Assembly: GCA_005222975.1 (NCBI GenBank)
Contig: NJBI01000042.1
Coordinates: 1 to 29,998 of the forward strand
DNA length: 29,998 bases
Direction of reading: 5' to 3'
Origin: Promethearchaeota archaeon Loki_b31
Lineage (GTDB): Archaea; Asgardarchaeota; Lokiarchaeia; Sigyniarchaeales; SOKP01
In this document: piece after piece, positions 20,601 to 29,021 of the stretch
Layout of the letters: each line of letters begins with the position of its first letter
Numbering within the stretch: the first letter of the stretch is position 1
Notes under the pieces: generated by a model
Seen by the model: the letters and a program-made list of their open reading frames with translations, nothing else
What the model was told of the DNA's origin: nothing
Database searches by the model: none
Program-made: the position numbers and the translations under genes

Positions 20601-21301
20601 CTGAGTGCACTATTATTTATTTCAGCATCAGTGGGCAAATCTAAACCAAAAAGTTGATAAGATAAATTAACAGGTTGAGAATCACTAAAATGAAGATCCA
20701 CACTTACTGCATTAAAATCATCTTTATATAATACAGTTGATGCTTGATCTAAATTTGGAGCATCAATACTGTCTTCAATAATGAATGGTATAGGGAAAAG
20801 AGAAGGAAGAATCATTAAGTTATTACCAACTGCCGGAGAAATTGGGAATTGAATTTTTAATAATTCAGGATCTGGAAAATAATTATCAATATATTCTTGC
20901 ATTGGATAAAAACTATATAAACTTTTTCCAGCTAATAGAGATGATTTCCATTCATCGCCAGTATATTCATCAAAAGATTCAAATTTCCATAATTTTGTTT
21001 TTATTTCATTTATAGCACCATAATCAAATATTCGGAATATTTCCTTCTCATATTCAGAGGGATCAATATCAGGTAAGTCACCTATTTCAAATATTGTAGG
21101 AAAATAGATTAATATTGCATCTTCATCTTCTGCTTCGGACAATCGGTCGCTAGGATTGGGTCTTGGCCCCCCCCAGAGCAGACTAAAGAAAAAGATTGAA
21201 AACGCAAATGCTGTAATCAATAAACTAGCAACAAGAATTATTTTAATTACTTGTATTATACTAATAGCAGTAACTAATAAATCCTCACGAAATTCTGACA
21301 T
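17675..21301 (-). CDS. Membrane-anchored transglutaminase-like protein (catalytic residues substituted) with tandem Ig-like repeats
   Basis: N-terminal TM, LWKFESFDEYTGDEW (TgpA-N-like), DIVDWF..KGIWSDFASAF...RAFGVASRYVKGF, YNWAEIY and WVQID, followed by repeated beta-sandwich modules. Confidence 0.85.
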   Translation of the reverse strand: MSEFREDLLVTAISIIQVIKIILVASLLITAFAFSIFFFSLLWGGPRPNPSDRLSEAEDEDAILIYFPTIFEIGDLPDIDPSEYEKEIFRIFDYGAINEIKTKLWKFESFDEYTGDEWKSSLLAGKSLYSFYPMQEYIDNYFPDPELLKIQFPISPAVGNNLMILPSLFPIPFIIEDSIDAPNLDQASTVLYKDDFNAVSVDLHFSDSQPVNLSYQLFGLDLPTDAEINNSALSALYTPLEIRNQYLQLPPSIDSYKLINTFFTNHFNILYGIINISDNAFEVANIIRNYLTSPPFSFPASIPDYNPAPQGRDIVDWFCEQEKGIWSDFASAFCAFTRAFGVASRYVKGFSGFLADEINDTVEGKNALLIKNKNIYNWAEIYVPTDVSGDGEWVQIDIFKGVPYNIFESDYNITVSTDQFAYNRPDVATITATLISNNSSVDNKTIYFTDYLSGQPISSAITDSNGNASILVSINDTQVVGPHIIEAKYDISTFNYTIFNVLGPIEVDLISVNPSEISISDPPPHTSDVQGYVYDPVNGKRIENAEVNFVLLQKGTSSIVPNAFNPETKNTNVNGDFDEILSLNPSVSSGLYEIRVDFNGTWWILTPYFNFPVFIPTITDSSNRLEFNVTEDLPLLFNFWIDGTTFDDYYQPVINRNENVNLSVYLEWGDPLDNEAIDFYDLSQDIFLGTVQTNNGRASLIYNTDASTVAGPHLIYAKWGSNYNYSYFTLNDNITLDVQVGPNPNQINRGGETFTLQGTISDASNGAPIKFTEIYIALFDDTMTDVSYYLSSNWFQLDDTGTFDLTLSVDSGTPAINFTINVGFYGVFIYSFPNNQFNEFNFYFDIFTYSNFTSNDNGNFELKVIDPNNVAIQFWVDGNPALSFYDDSNLPERYNQGDNITFSVYVTVSGSFVSDETVTLTDVYINSQIGSHLFELADNGRWDFVINSSSWHAGLHKIRVQWSTFPAYNTTFVIINKTISISAFSNIPKIQRNVDTFNVYGSVQDGTTNLNGLDIKILLFDSSMNDVSYHLNLAGSQIINVFDGSYQFDVNSISINCPQGQYYFRIDFNGTISQPGIYVTNYMINTSSILVPANITAGTYIVGNYDTIFKGGFYQGDELYAYGYLYWDNGSLITGSRNITITIEDGFGGIIKTEIGSTDGSGWFNITVFIDTIWPDGTEIWANFYPEDSFTPPAHYYIEFTEIELFRP

Positions 21302-21362
21302 TATATACTCAAATGTTCCCTTAACTTTTCCATATTAAGTTTGCAATATTAATTAAAATAAT

Positions 21363-21379
21363 GATATAAATAATTTTCC
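21363..21379 (-). promoter_or_regulatory. Putative BRE-TATA promoter of the MoxR cluster
   Basis: Minus strand GGAAAATTATTTATATC about 65 bp upstream of ATG 21301. Confidence 0.4.
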
Positions 21380-21488
21380 TAGTAATTCAAATTTATATGA
21401 AATATTGATTAATAAAACCAAATAAACGAAAATATTGAATGTAGATTTTGTTTAAATTCACATTAAAAAGTTGAAAAATAAAAATAAT

Positions 21489-22340
21489 TTAAAATTCAAA
21501 ACCACATTTGGTGCAGACAAATTTCTTTGCAAAAATCGGTTTAGGGATGTAACTTATTATTTTTGATTTATCTTCAACCTCCTTAATTGCAAATCCAGTA
21601 GCTCCACAATTAGGGCAAATTCTCCTTCCCGATCCAAGTCCTGGGCTTATACTAGGCGTTGGTGTTGGGGCAGGGGTTGAAATTGGTGTAGAATCGGTTG
21701 AAAGTCCAAAAGAAGGGCTGCTACCGTATGATGGAGTTTGTGAAGTAATCCCTTGAGATAAACTTGATGGCATGACAGCTTTGGGCTCCTTCAATTCTTG
21801 AATTCTTTTTTCTTTATAAGCGATTTCTTCTTGTAATTTGTTGATATGGGCTTGTAATGGGCCAATTTGTTGTTGTAGGGTCATATTTTCTTGTTGAACT
21901 TGTTGAAGTTGATTTTGTAATTGAGGAATGTGAGCTTGTAGTTGAGCTTTCTCATTGTTTAACTGTGTAATTTGACTCTGAAAACTTTCTATTGTTGTTT
22001 GAAAAGATTGAACTTGTCCAGTTAATTGTCTTACTTGATTATCTTTATCTAAAAATTGCGCATTTAAATTAGCGTATTGAGCATTAACTTCATTTATCTG
22101 ATTTTGTAGTTCATTGAGTGTTCTGTCTTTTTCTTGAACTTGAGTCATTATCATGTTATAATCTGCCTGTGAAGGACCACTAGGAATAGTAGTTTCTGGT
22201 TGATAAATGGGAGGGGGTATCGGTGGCTGGGTTATCATTGGTGGAGGTACTGTAGGTGGAGGCATAGATGGAGGTTGAACTGGAGGAGGGGCACGTGGTC
22301 TATATTCATCTTCGTCATCTCTTTCATATTCTTCCGACAT
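21489..22340 (-). CDS. Hypothetical protein: Pro-rich N-terminus, Gln-rich coiled coil, S/T/P linker, C-terminal Zn ribbon
   Basis: APPPVQPPSMPPPTVPPP, a heptad Q/L pattern over about 120 aa, CPNCG...CTKCG. Confidence 0.85.
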   Translation of the reverse strand: MSEEYERDDEDEYRPRAPPPVQPPSMPPPTVPPPMITQPPIPPPIYQPETTIPSGPSQADYNMIMTQVQEKDRTLNELQNQINEVNAQYANLNAQFLDKDNQVRQLTGQVQSFQTTIESFQSQITQLNNEKAQLQAHIPQLQNQLQQVQQENMTLQQQIGPLQAHINKLQEEIAYKEKRIQELKEPKAVMPSSLSQGITSQTPSYGSSPSFGLSTDSTPISTPAPTPTPSISPGLGSGRRICPNCGATGFAIKEVEDKSKIISYIPKPIFAKKFVCTKCGFEF

Positions 22341-22470
22341 AATTATCTTCTCTTATTGTTTAAATATAAAAATTACTATAGTTTGTAACTTTAATAGTGG
22401 ATTTAGTTTAAAAATTTTAGTTTAAATTATAGCACAAAGGCGTATTATTTTTTGAAAGGAACTTTAAAAA

Positions 22471-23568
22471 TTAAAAGCAATTCCAATAGGGATTTAAATG
22501 TTCTTTTAATTCGGGGATTAGTTTGCTATTTACATAATTTAAAACTTCTTCACCAGATTTTCTAGGCTTTTCTTCAATTAAATTGTCATCATTATTATTA
22601 AGAACTTGCAAACAATTATATACCGCTTTTGCTTGTTTATCGATTTCGTATCCCCCTTCTAATGTTATTAAAATTCTTCCATTTGCATATTCTTCTGCCA
22701 TAGTCTTTATGCTTTTTAGATAAGTTGCGGGTCCTTGAATTGTCCATCCCATATTGGTTAATCTATCTGTCCAATGAGTGTCGAACCCAGCAGAAATCAA
22801 GATAAATTCTGGTTTAAATTCTTGACATATTGGGTTTATTATTTCTTCGAAATATAACATTACAATATCTTCGGCAGCTCTTGGAGGCATAGAGTAATTT
22901 ATTATTTTTCCTTCACCTTTACCAGATCCTATGTCATTTACAAAACCGCTGCCAGGATATAATGTTCTACCGTCTTGGTGAGAGTTAAATATTACGACAT
23001 CTCCATTTTCAGAGCCGTTATAAAATATATCTTGAGTTCCATTTCCATGATGGCAATCCCAATCAATTATGGCAACTCTTTTAATATTTTTTTCTCTAAA
23101 TAGATACTCTGTAGCGATAGCGATGTTGTTGAATATACAAAACCCTGAACATTTATAGGCGTTTGAGTGATGTCCTGGAGGTCTAACTGCCGCGAATACA
23201 TTATTTACCTTACCCTCTAAAATTTCATCAATTCCATTTAAAAGACCTCCAACGCTATATAAAGAAGCGTCATAAGTCTTAGCAGATACTGCTGTATCCA
23301 TATCAAGTTGTTGAATATGTCCAGTAACTTGAGATATTTCACTAACTTCTTTAACTTCGTTAATTAAGCTCTCTTGATGGACATATTTAATTTGTTCGGT
23401 AGTAGCTTTTCTAGGTTGAATTAATTCGAAATTAGGATTTTCCATCACCTTTTTATCTTTTAAAAAATTCATAATACCAACAAGTCTTTCGTGGCTTTCA
23501 ACATGAACCCCAATCCGGTGGCTAAGGTATACTGGATCGTATACTATCCCTGTTTTCATTTTAACCAT
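22471..23568 (-). CDS. Histone deacetylase family (HDAC/AcuC/AphA) Zn-dependent deacylase
   Basis: RPPGHH, GFCIFNN, DWDCHHGNGTQ, YPGSG, SAGFD and LEGGY; catalytic set intact. Confidence 0.95.
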   Translation of the reverse strand: MVKMKTGIVYDPVYLSHRIGVHVESHERLVGIMNFLKDKKVMENPNFELIQPRKATTEQIKYVHQESLINEVKEVSEISQVTGHIQQLDMDTAVSAKTYDASLYSVGGLLNGIDEILEGKVNNVFAAVRPPGHHSNAYKCSGFCIFNNIAIATEYLFREKNIKRVAIIDWDCHHGNGTQDIFYNGSENGDVVIFNSHQDGRTLYPGSGFVNDIGSGKGEGKIINYSMPPRAAEDIVMLYFEEIINPICQEFKPEFILISAGFDTHWTDRLTNMGWTIQGPATYLKSIKTMAEEYANGRILITLEGGYEIDKQAKAVYNCLQVLNNNDDNLIEEKPRKSGEEVLNYVNSKLIPELKEHLNPYWNCF

Positions 23569-23604
23569 TTTTCAAACTATTGAATAATGTTTTTTTATTA
23601 TACT

Positions 23605-23620
23605 GCTATAAAAAACTTTC
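23605..23620 (-). promoter_or_regulatory. Putative BRE-TATA promoter of the HDAC gene
   Basis: Minus strand GAAAGTTTTTTATAGC about 38 bp upstream of the ATG. The same TTTTTATAGCA occurs upstream of leuS (4551-4561). Confidence 0.5.
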
Positions 23621-23737
23621 TATTTTTTTTTAACAGATAAGAGTCGTATAGAATATTTTCTATTAACCTTTTGGATATACCAATATCTTCAAAATCTATT
23701 TAACTAAATAATTAAAAATCTGATTGCTTTTAAAGAT

Positions 23738-26700
23738 TTATCCAAACCTTTCTTCTAAATAATCAATTACAGGAAATTTTTGAGAAGCTTTTATAATTCT
23801 TTTGTGTTCCTTTTGAATATTTTTTGTCAGTTTTTCGTAAAAGTAGTTAATCCTTTTAACATATATCTCTTTTTTTTCCATATCTACGAATATCTCTTCA
23901 GAATGTTCTCTAAATATAGTCGCTTCACTCATCGTGTGACAATTCGCACATAAACATATACATTCTTCTTGAATCATTTTATTTGCTAATTGCTTAATTG
24001 AAAACTTTCTAAAAGCTTCACTAGAAATATCCTTTTTCTTTTCAGGATTCATATGGTGAAAAGTTAAGAAACTAAGATTGGTTTCACCACAATTTATACA
24101 TTTACCTCCATAAAGCTGTTCTACGATTGCACGTTTTCGAATCCACGACTTAATCATATATTTTACATGTCCTATATATTGAGAATCTTTTTCTAATTTA
24201 TCTTTAAGGTTAGGATAGTTTAAAATGGCTTCATCAATCATATTGTTTATTTCTTTTGTATTTTTTTGTATACCTGATTTATTTTTAAACAAATGCTGGC
24301 TTAGAATTAAATTTTTATAATCTAAAAGAATACTTTGCTGTTTTGGAGCATGACAATTTTTACAGAGAGGAAAAACACCATCTTCTTCCAATAATTCCTT
24401 AAGGGTTTGATATTTTTTTTTTAACAATTTAATCCAAGAATAATTTTTCTCAGAAGGATGATGAAAATCAAAAGCTGGGAGGTGTAAAAAATCCGTTGAA
24501 CAATTAGAAGTGGAACACTTACCCTTAAATCTACCATTTTGCATTTCAAATAATAGCCGTAATTTTTTTTTATATTTTATAATTTCACCATATATACTCA
24601 TGCATTTTTTACATTTAGACAGGTGTCCTCCCTTAGATATTTTTTGAAACTCGCTCCATGGTTTTTTAATACCACAATACCCACATACTTTTCCTATTTC
24701 ATCTTGCTCCAATATTCTTTTGCTTAATGTTTTTAAATTAAAATCTGTAAAGATATGGTTCAAATGGTTTAGAATCTCTGGTAAGATTTTTGTTCTTAAT
24801 GTAACCAAAGCTGATTCTAAATTATAATTTCTCTTAATCAACTCCTGAGCAAAATTTTTTAGCTTCAATAGTTCTCCCTTAGATTTTTCGTTATATATCA
24901 TTAGACTACTTATAATAACAGTGAAATCTTTTATTGTTTTATCAAGAAATTGCTTGAATCCAGGACTATTTATAGGGGAACGGTCTAATATATTATTAAT
25001 TTTGATATAATTTTTCACTCTTTTTTCAATATCAACATTCTCCATGAAGATGTCCTGTTTATCTTTTAAACCAGACTTTAGTAGTAGGCTGTAGGTAATT
25101 TTACTTAATGTTTTGACAAAATTAATTGATAATCTAAATTTATTATCATATATAAAAATCTGGGTGTCTTTAACTCCAGGAATGTGATAGTCTTTAGAAA
25201 CATCCTTTGATATTAAAATACTTTCCCTTCTATGTAGTCCTCTCGGAAATCTCTTAGAATACAATTTTGTATTCCCTTGATAAATATACTTTAATGCTAC
25301 ATTCTTAACTGTCTCAGGATTTAAGGACAAGCCAAGGTTGGTCAAAACCTCTACTAACTGTGTTTGATTTAGATTCGTCGTTTGAATTAAGTCAATAATG
25401 AAATTTATGATTTCATTTCTTTTTATGATAGAATTACAGATTTTTTGTAATTCTTGGGAATTTTCTTTGTTATCAAGCCAATTCTTAAAATCTTTAGTAA
25501 TATATCGAGTTCCAAAATTGGGAGATTTATCCTCTCCTAAATTCTTAAAATGCTTAATATATTGAATAAAAGCAGTTACCAACTTTGGATTGAGTAGATA
25601 ATGATATTTAATTTTTAAAAATTCAGGTATTTCGATGTTTTTATTGAAGGACTCTTGATTATTATTGTTAGTTTGGATGAGCCCTTCAATATCAGATTTT
25701 GTAAATTTCTCAGTTAATTCTTTTACTTCATTTTTAAGAGAATTTTGTTGTTTCACAAGATCCAGACTAGGATCACATTCCTGGTTTTCAATTAATTGAC
25801 ATTTCTTTAATTTTAATTTTTCATTAGGATTTATTAACTCCTTTAATTTTAACATTTCTTGTTTCAAAATTTTACAATTCTGCGATATATGCTTAAAAAA
25901 TTTGCTAAGCACTCGATTAACAAGAGGTTTATTCCAAAAATCGTACCAATATTGCTCGGTGATATCTTTTTTAATAAAAAAAACACTTAATAATAATTCA
26001 AATTGGATCGGATCTAGCTCCTGTAGCCTTCCCGTCAAGGATTTTAATCTATTCTTTTCTTTTTCAGAGAGTTTTTCGTTTTGACCCTTTTCATATAATT
26101 CCATAAACTTTCGAGTCAAATCCTCGAACTCGTTATAACTCTCAAGGGCTTTTTTTAACTCAGATTTAAATTCAGCGTTGCAAACTTCCTCAGAAGCCTC
26201 TTTTATCCATTGATTAAGGGTTGTTTTCCAATCCTCTTCGTCCGATTCTTCACTTCCTAGCTTAGTAATTTCCTCAAGAAAATCTTTCTTATCTTTGGAT
26301 TCGGTTTCGATAGCGTCTAATTCTAGTTTTAATACTTTTAAATTTTCTTTATTTTCCTGCGCTTTCTTTAATTTTATTATTTTCTGCGAGATGTGTTTAA
26401 AAAAATGGCTAAGGATTCGATTTACTCGTGCTTTGTCCGAGAATTCGTCAAAATTTTGATCATTTAAAAAATGTTTAATAGCCCGTATGTTTGCAAATAG
26501 TTCGATCTTGCCGGATTCGAGTTTTTGGAGCGTTTTCGTTAACAACTTTAATTCTTGTTTTTCATGTTTAGAGAGTTTTTCGCGTTGTTCCTTGGTGTAT
26601 AATTTCATGAACATAGTCGCCAATTCTTCTAGTTCGCTATAGTTCTCAACGATTTCTTTTAACTTTACTTTAAGTTCGGGGCTAATTTCCCCTTCAGACA

Positions 26701-28939
26701 CTTGCTCTATCCAATCTTTTATTATTAATTCTGAATTTTCTTTATTTTCTTGCGCTTTCCTTAACTCTTTATATTTCTGTGAGATGTGCTTATAAAATTT
26801 GCTAAGCACTCGATTAACAAGAGGTGTATTCCAAAAATCATACCAATATTGGGTGATATAGTTTTTAATAAAAAAAACACTTGTTAATAGTTCTAGTTGG
26901 ATCGGATCTAGTTCCTGCAGCCTTTTTGTTAAGGATTTTAATGTATTCTTTTCTTTTTCAGAAAGTTTTTCGTTTTGAGACTTTTCATATAATTCCATAA
27001 ACTTTCGAGTCAAACCCTCGAACTCGTTATAACTCTCAAGGCCCTTTTTTAACTCAGATTTAAGTTCAACATTGCATTTTTCTTCAGAAGCTTCCTCTAT
27101 CCATTCTTTAAAGGTTGTTTTCCAATCTTCTTCTTTTTTCTGTTCTTCTTTTAGTTCTTTCTTCTGTTTCGGTTTCTCTTTTTCTTCCGATTTTTTTTTC
27201 TGTTCTAGCCACTGTTTAAATCCTTTTGTTTCCTTGTTCGCATAAATTGGTCTTTTCCCAGTCTGTTGTTTATAGAGCTTTTTAACTATCTCGTAGTTTT
27301 TTTCTTTGGTTTTATCCAAATCTTTTTCTTCCTGTTCGATTTCGTTGAGAGCTTCTTGTTCGATTTTTCTAACTTGTTCTAGGATTTCTTCTAATTCTTG
27401 TTGGTGATCTTTATTTTCCTCTATTTCTAATTGCTCTACCACTTCCTCGTCTGGAGAAGTAGTTTCCTGCTCTAGTTCTCTTTCTTGACTATTGTTTTCT
27501 ACTTTGGTCTCGCCAGTGTTTATTTTTTGGGGTATGTCGAGTTCGCGCATGATTTGAGCTACTTTCTGTTCTGTGGAGATTTCTTCTTGATCTTCATTCT
27601 CCTCGCGTTCTTCTTTTTTTTCATTTTGCTTATTTGCTAGTTCTTCTATGAATTCGTAAAAAAGCTCAGCTGCGAGTTGTTTCTCAGGCTCCAAGTTTTT
27701 GATGTATTCCAACTCTTCCTCGTTGATAATAGGTTTAGGCTCTGTTTTGAGTTCTTCCTCGATCGCGGCTTCGACTTGGTGTTGCTCAACTATGTCTTTT
27801 TCTTCATACTCCCACTCTAACTCCTGCTCTTGTTCTTCTAATCTTTCTTGGAGATAGGTCGATTGATGTATTACATCTTGAGTCTGTTCGATATTTTCTT
27901 TTTCTTGCTCAATTTTATCGTTCTCAATGTTTTTATCTTCTTCTTGCCTTTCTACTAATTCTTCTATGTATTCGCTAAGATGAACCATTTGAAACTGTTC
28001 CTCGATGTCCAACTCTTGAAGCTTTTCTATTCCTTTTTCGTTAACTATAGGTTCTGGTATGGTCTCGAGCTCCTCTTCGATCGTAGCTTCCACTTCATGT
28101 TGATCGAGCTCATCTCTTTCTACCTCTACTACTTCATATAGTTCAGAATTCGCTTCTTTTATTTTACTTGCTTGAGCTTCTACCTCATCCTTTTCTACTT
28201 GTTCTTTTAATTGTTCAATTTCTTCATTTTGCTTTTCCACTAACTCATCCACATATTCGTTAAGATGAACGGTTTGAAATTGTTCCTCGATATCCATCTC
28301 TTGAAGCTTTTCTACTTCTTTTTCGTTAACTATAGGTTCAGCTTCGGTCTCAAGTTCCTCTTGAATTGCAGATTCGACTTGATGTTGCTCAACTTTGTCT
28401 TTTTCTTCATCAAGTTCTTCGTATAGTTCTAGAGTTTCTTCTTTTAAATCGCTCAACTGAGGTTCTGAGATTTCCTCGCTTTGCTCTACTTCTTTTTCAA
28501 TTTCAAGATCTTCTTTATTTTCGGAAATTTCTTCATTAATGGTGTTAGTTTCTATTTCTTTCATACTTTCGTAGAGTTTTTCAGCGGTATAGGCAGCAGT
28601 TTCGACTTCTTTTTCCCATTCTTCATCGGTCATCTGATGTTCATCGCCTTCGAGCTCTCGTTCTTCGTCTAACGCCCTCTCTTTCCCCACCATTTCCTGA
28701 TAAGCGTTAATAAATTCTGCTTCGTCCTCTAAATATTTGTTTATGCCCTCTACTCCTTCCTCGAGTTCTTTCTCAATTTCTCTTTCTAATTCCTCTTGGT
28801 CGATTTCCTCACTGCCTTGATCACCATTCTGTATATTTTCGCTTACTAAGACTGTACTTGAGGATTCAGAACTGAGATTTTCGGAAAATTCGTTTCCTTG
28901 CTCAGAACTATCTGAAGGCGAATCACTATTAATATTCAT
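23738..28939 (-). CDS. Giant acidic multi-repeat protein with a C-terminal Zn finger and two HNH-like domains; frame is open a further 125 codons upstream (to 29314)
   Basis: E/Q-rich N-terminal half, two repeat families, CGYCG..CKKC, AFDFHH...LCKNCH, and GGKCINCG..TFHHMNP..LCANCH. Confidence 0.85.
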   Translation of the reverse strand: MNINSDSPSDSSEQGNEFSENLSSESSSTVLVSENIQNGDQGSEEIDQEELEREIEKELEEGVEGINKYLEDEAEFINAYQEMVGKERALDEERELEGDEHQMTDEEWEKEVETAAYTAEKLYESMKEIETNTINEEISENKEDLEIEKEVEQSEEISEPQLSDLKEETLELYEELDEEKDKVEQHQVESAIQEELETEAEPIVNEKEVEKLQEMDIEEQFQTVHLNEYVDELVEKQNEEIEQLKEQVEKDEVEAQASKIKEANSELYEVVEVERDELDQHEVEATIEEELETIPEPIVNEKGIEKLQELDIEEQFQMVHLSEYIEELVERQEEDKNIENDKIEQEKENIEQTQDVIHQSTYLQERLEEQEQELEWEYEEKDIVEQHQVEAAIEEELKTEPKPIINEEELEYIKNLEPEKQLAAELFYEFIEELANKQNEKKEEREENEDQEEISTEQKVAQIMRELDIPQKINTGETKVENNSQERELEQETTSPDEEVVEQLEIEENKDHQQELEEILEQVRKIEQEALNEIEQEEKDLDKTKEKNYEIVKKLYKQQTGKRPIYANKETKGFKQWLEQKKKSEEKEKPKQKKELKEEQKKEEDWKTTFKEWIEEASEEKCNVELKSELKKGLESYNEFEGLTRKFMELYEKSQNEKLSEKEKNTLKSLTKRLQELDPIQLELLTSVFFIKNYITQYWYDFWNTPLVNRVLSKFYKHISQKYKELRKAQENKENSELIIKDWIEQVSEGEISPELKVKLKEIVENYSELEELATMFMKLYTKEQREKLSKHEKQELKLLTKTLQKLESGKIELFANIRAIKHFLNDQNFDEFSDKARVNRILSHFFKHISQKIIKLKKAQENKENLKVLKLELDAIETESKDKKDFLEEITKLGSEESDEEDWKTTLNQWIKEASEEVCNAEFKSELKKALESYNEFEDLTRKFMELYEKGQNEKLSEKEKNRLKSLTGRLQELDPIQFELLLSVFFIKKDITEQYWYDFWNKPLVNRVLSKFFKHISQNCKILKQEMLKLKELINPNEKLKLKKCQLIENQECDPSLDLVKQQNSLKNEVKELTEKFTKSDIEGLIQTNNNNQESFNKNIEIPEFLKIKYHYLLNPKLVTAFIQYIKHFKNLGEDKSPNFGTRYITKDFKNWLDNKENSQELQKICNSIIKRNEIINFIIDLIQTTNLNQTQLVEVLTNLGLSLNPETVKNVALKYIYQGNTKLYSKRFPRGLHRRESILISKDVSKDYHIPGVKDTQIFIYDNKFRLSINFVKTLSKITYSLLLKSGLKDKQDIFMENVDIEKRVKNYIKINNILDRSPINSPGFKQFLDKTIKDFTVIISSLMIYNEKSKGELLKLKNFAQELIKRNYNLESALVTLRTKILPEILNHLNHIFTDFNLKTLSKRILEQDEIGKVCGYCGIKKPWSEFQKISKGGHLSKCKKCMSIYGEIIKYKKKLRLLFEMQNGRFKGKCSTSNCSTDFLHLPAFDFHHPSEKNYSWIKLLKKKYQTLKELLEEDGVFPLCKNCHAPKQQSILLDYKNLILSQHLFKNKSGIQKNTKEINNMIDEAILNYPNLKDKLEKDSQYIGHVKYMIKSWIRKRAIVEQLYGGKCINCGETNLSFLTFHHMNPEKKKDISSEAFRKFSIKQLANKMIQEECICLCANCHTMSEATIFREHSEEIFVDMEKKEIYVKRINYFYEKLTKNIQKEHKRIIKASQKFPVIDYLEERFG
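25875..27135 (-). repeat. Three ~125-aa helical repeats; copies 1 and 3 are DNA-level direct repeats about 900 bp apart
   Basis: EEDWKTT...WI.EASEE...YNEFE.LTRKFMELYEK...LQELDPIQ...YWYDFWN.PLVNRVLSKF.KHISQ occurs twice, with a divergent middle copy. TTTGCTAAGCACTCGATTAACAAGAGG is at 25901 and 26798. Confidence 0.9.
27620..28430 (-). repeat. Three ~65-70-aa acidic repeats
   Basis: QH(Q/E)VE(S/A)(A/T)I(Q/E)EEL.T..(E/K)PI(V/I)NE...E(Y/F)(V/I)(D/E)EL..(K/R)Q, three copies. Confidence 0.9.
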
Positions 28940-29021
28940 ATCACCACCTTCATCTGTTTCTTGAGAATTATTAGGCTCTCCTGTTGGCTCTAATTCATTT
29001 TCCTCATCGATTTTTTCCCTT

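Noticed and set aside
17717-22388. ORFs 17717..17947, 17957..18142, 19452..19715, 19558..19788, 21156..21338 and 22200..22388
   Set aside because: Nested in or antisense to longer genes. The W/R-rich 22200 ORF is simply the reverse of the proline codons.
25875-27135. Diversity-generating retroelement TR/VR pair
   Set aside because: Both copies are in-frame coding repeats, differences are not confined to adenines, and no reverse transcriptase is in the window.
25902-28672. ORFs 25902..26084 and 28481..28672 as possible antisense immunity or membrane peptides
   Set aside because: Phe-rich reading is the expected antisense of GAA/AAA-rich codons; no independent support.
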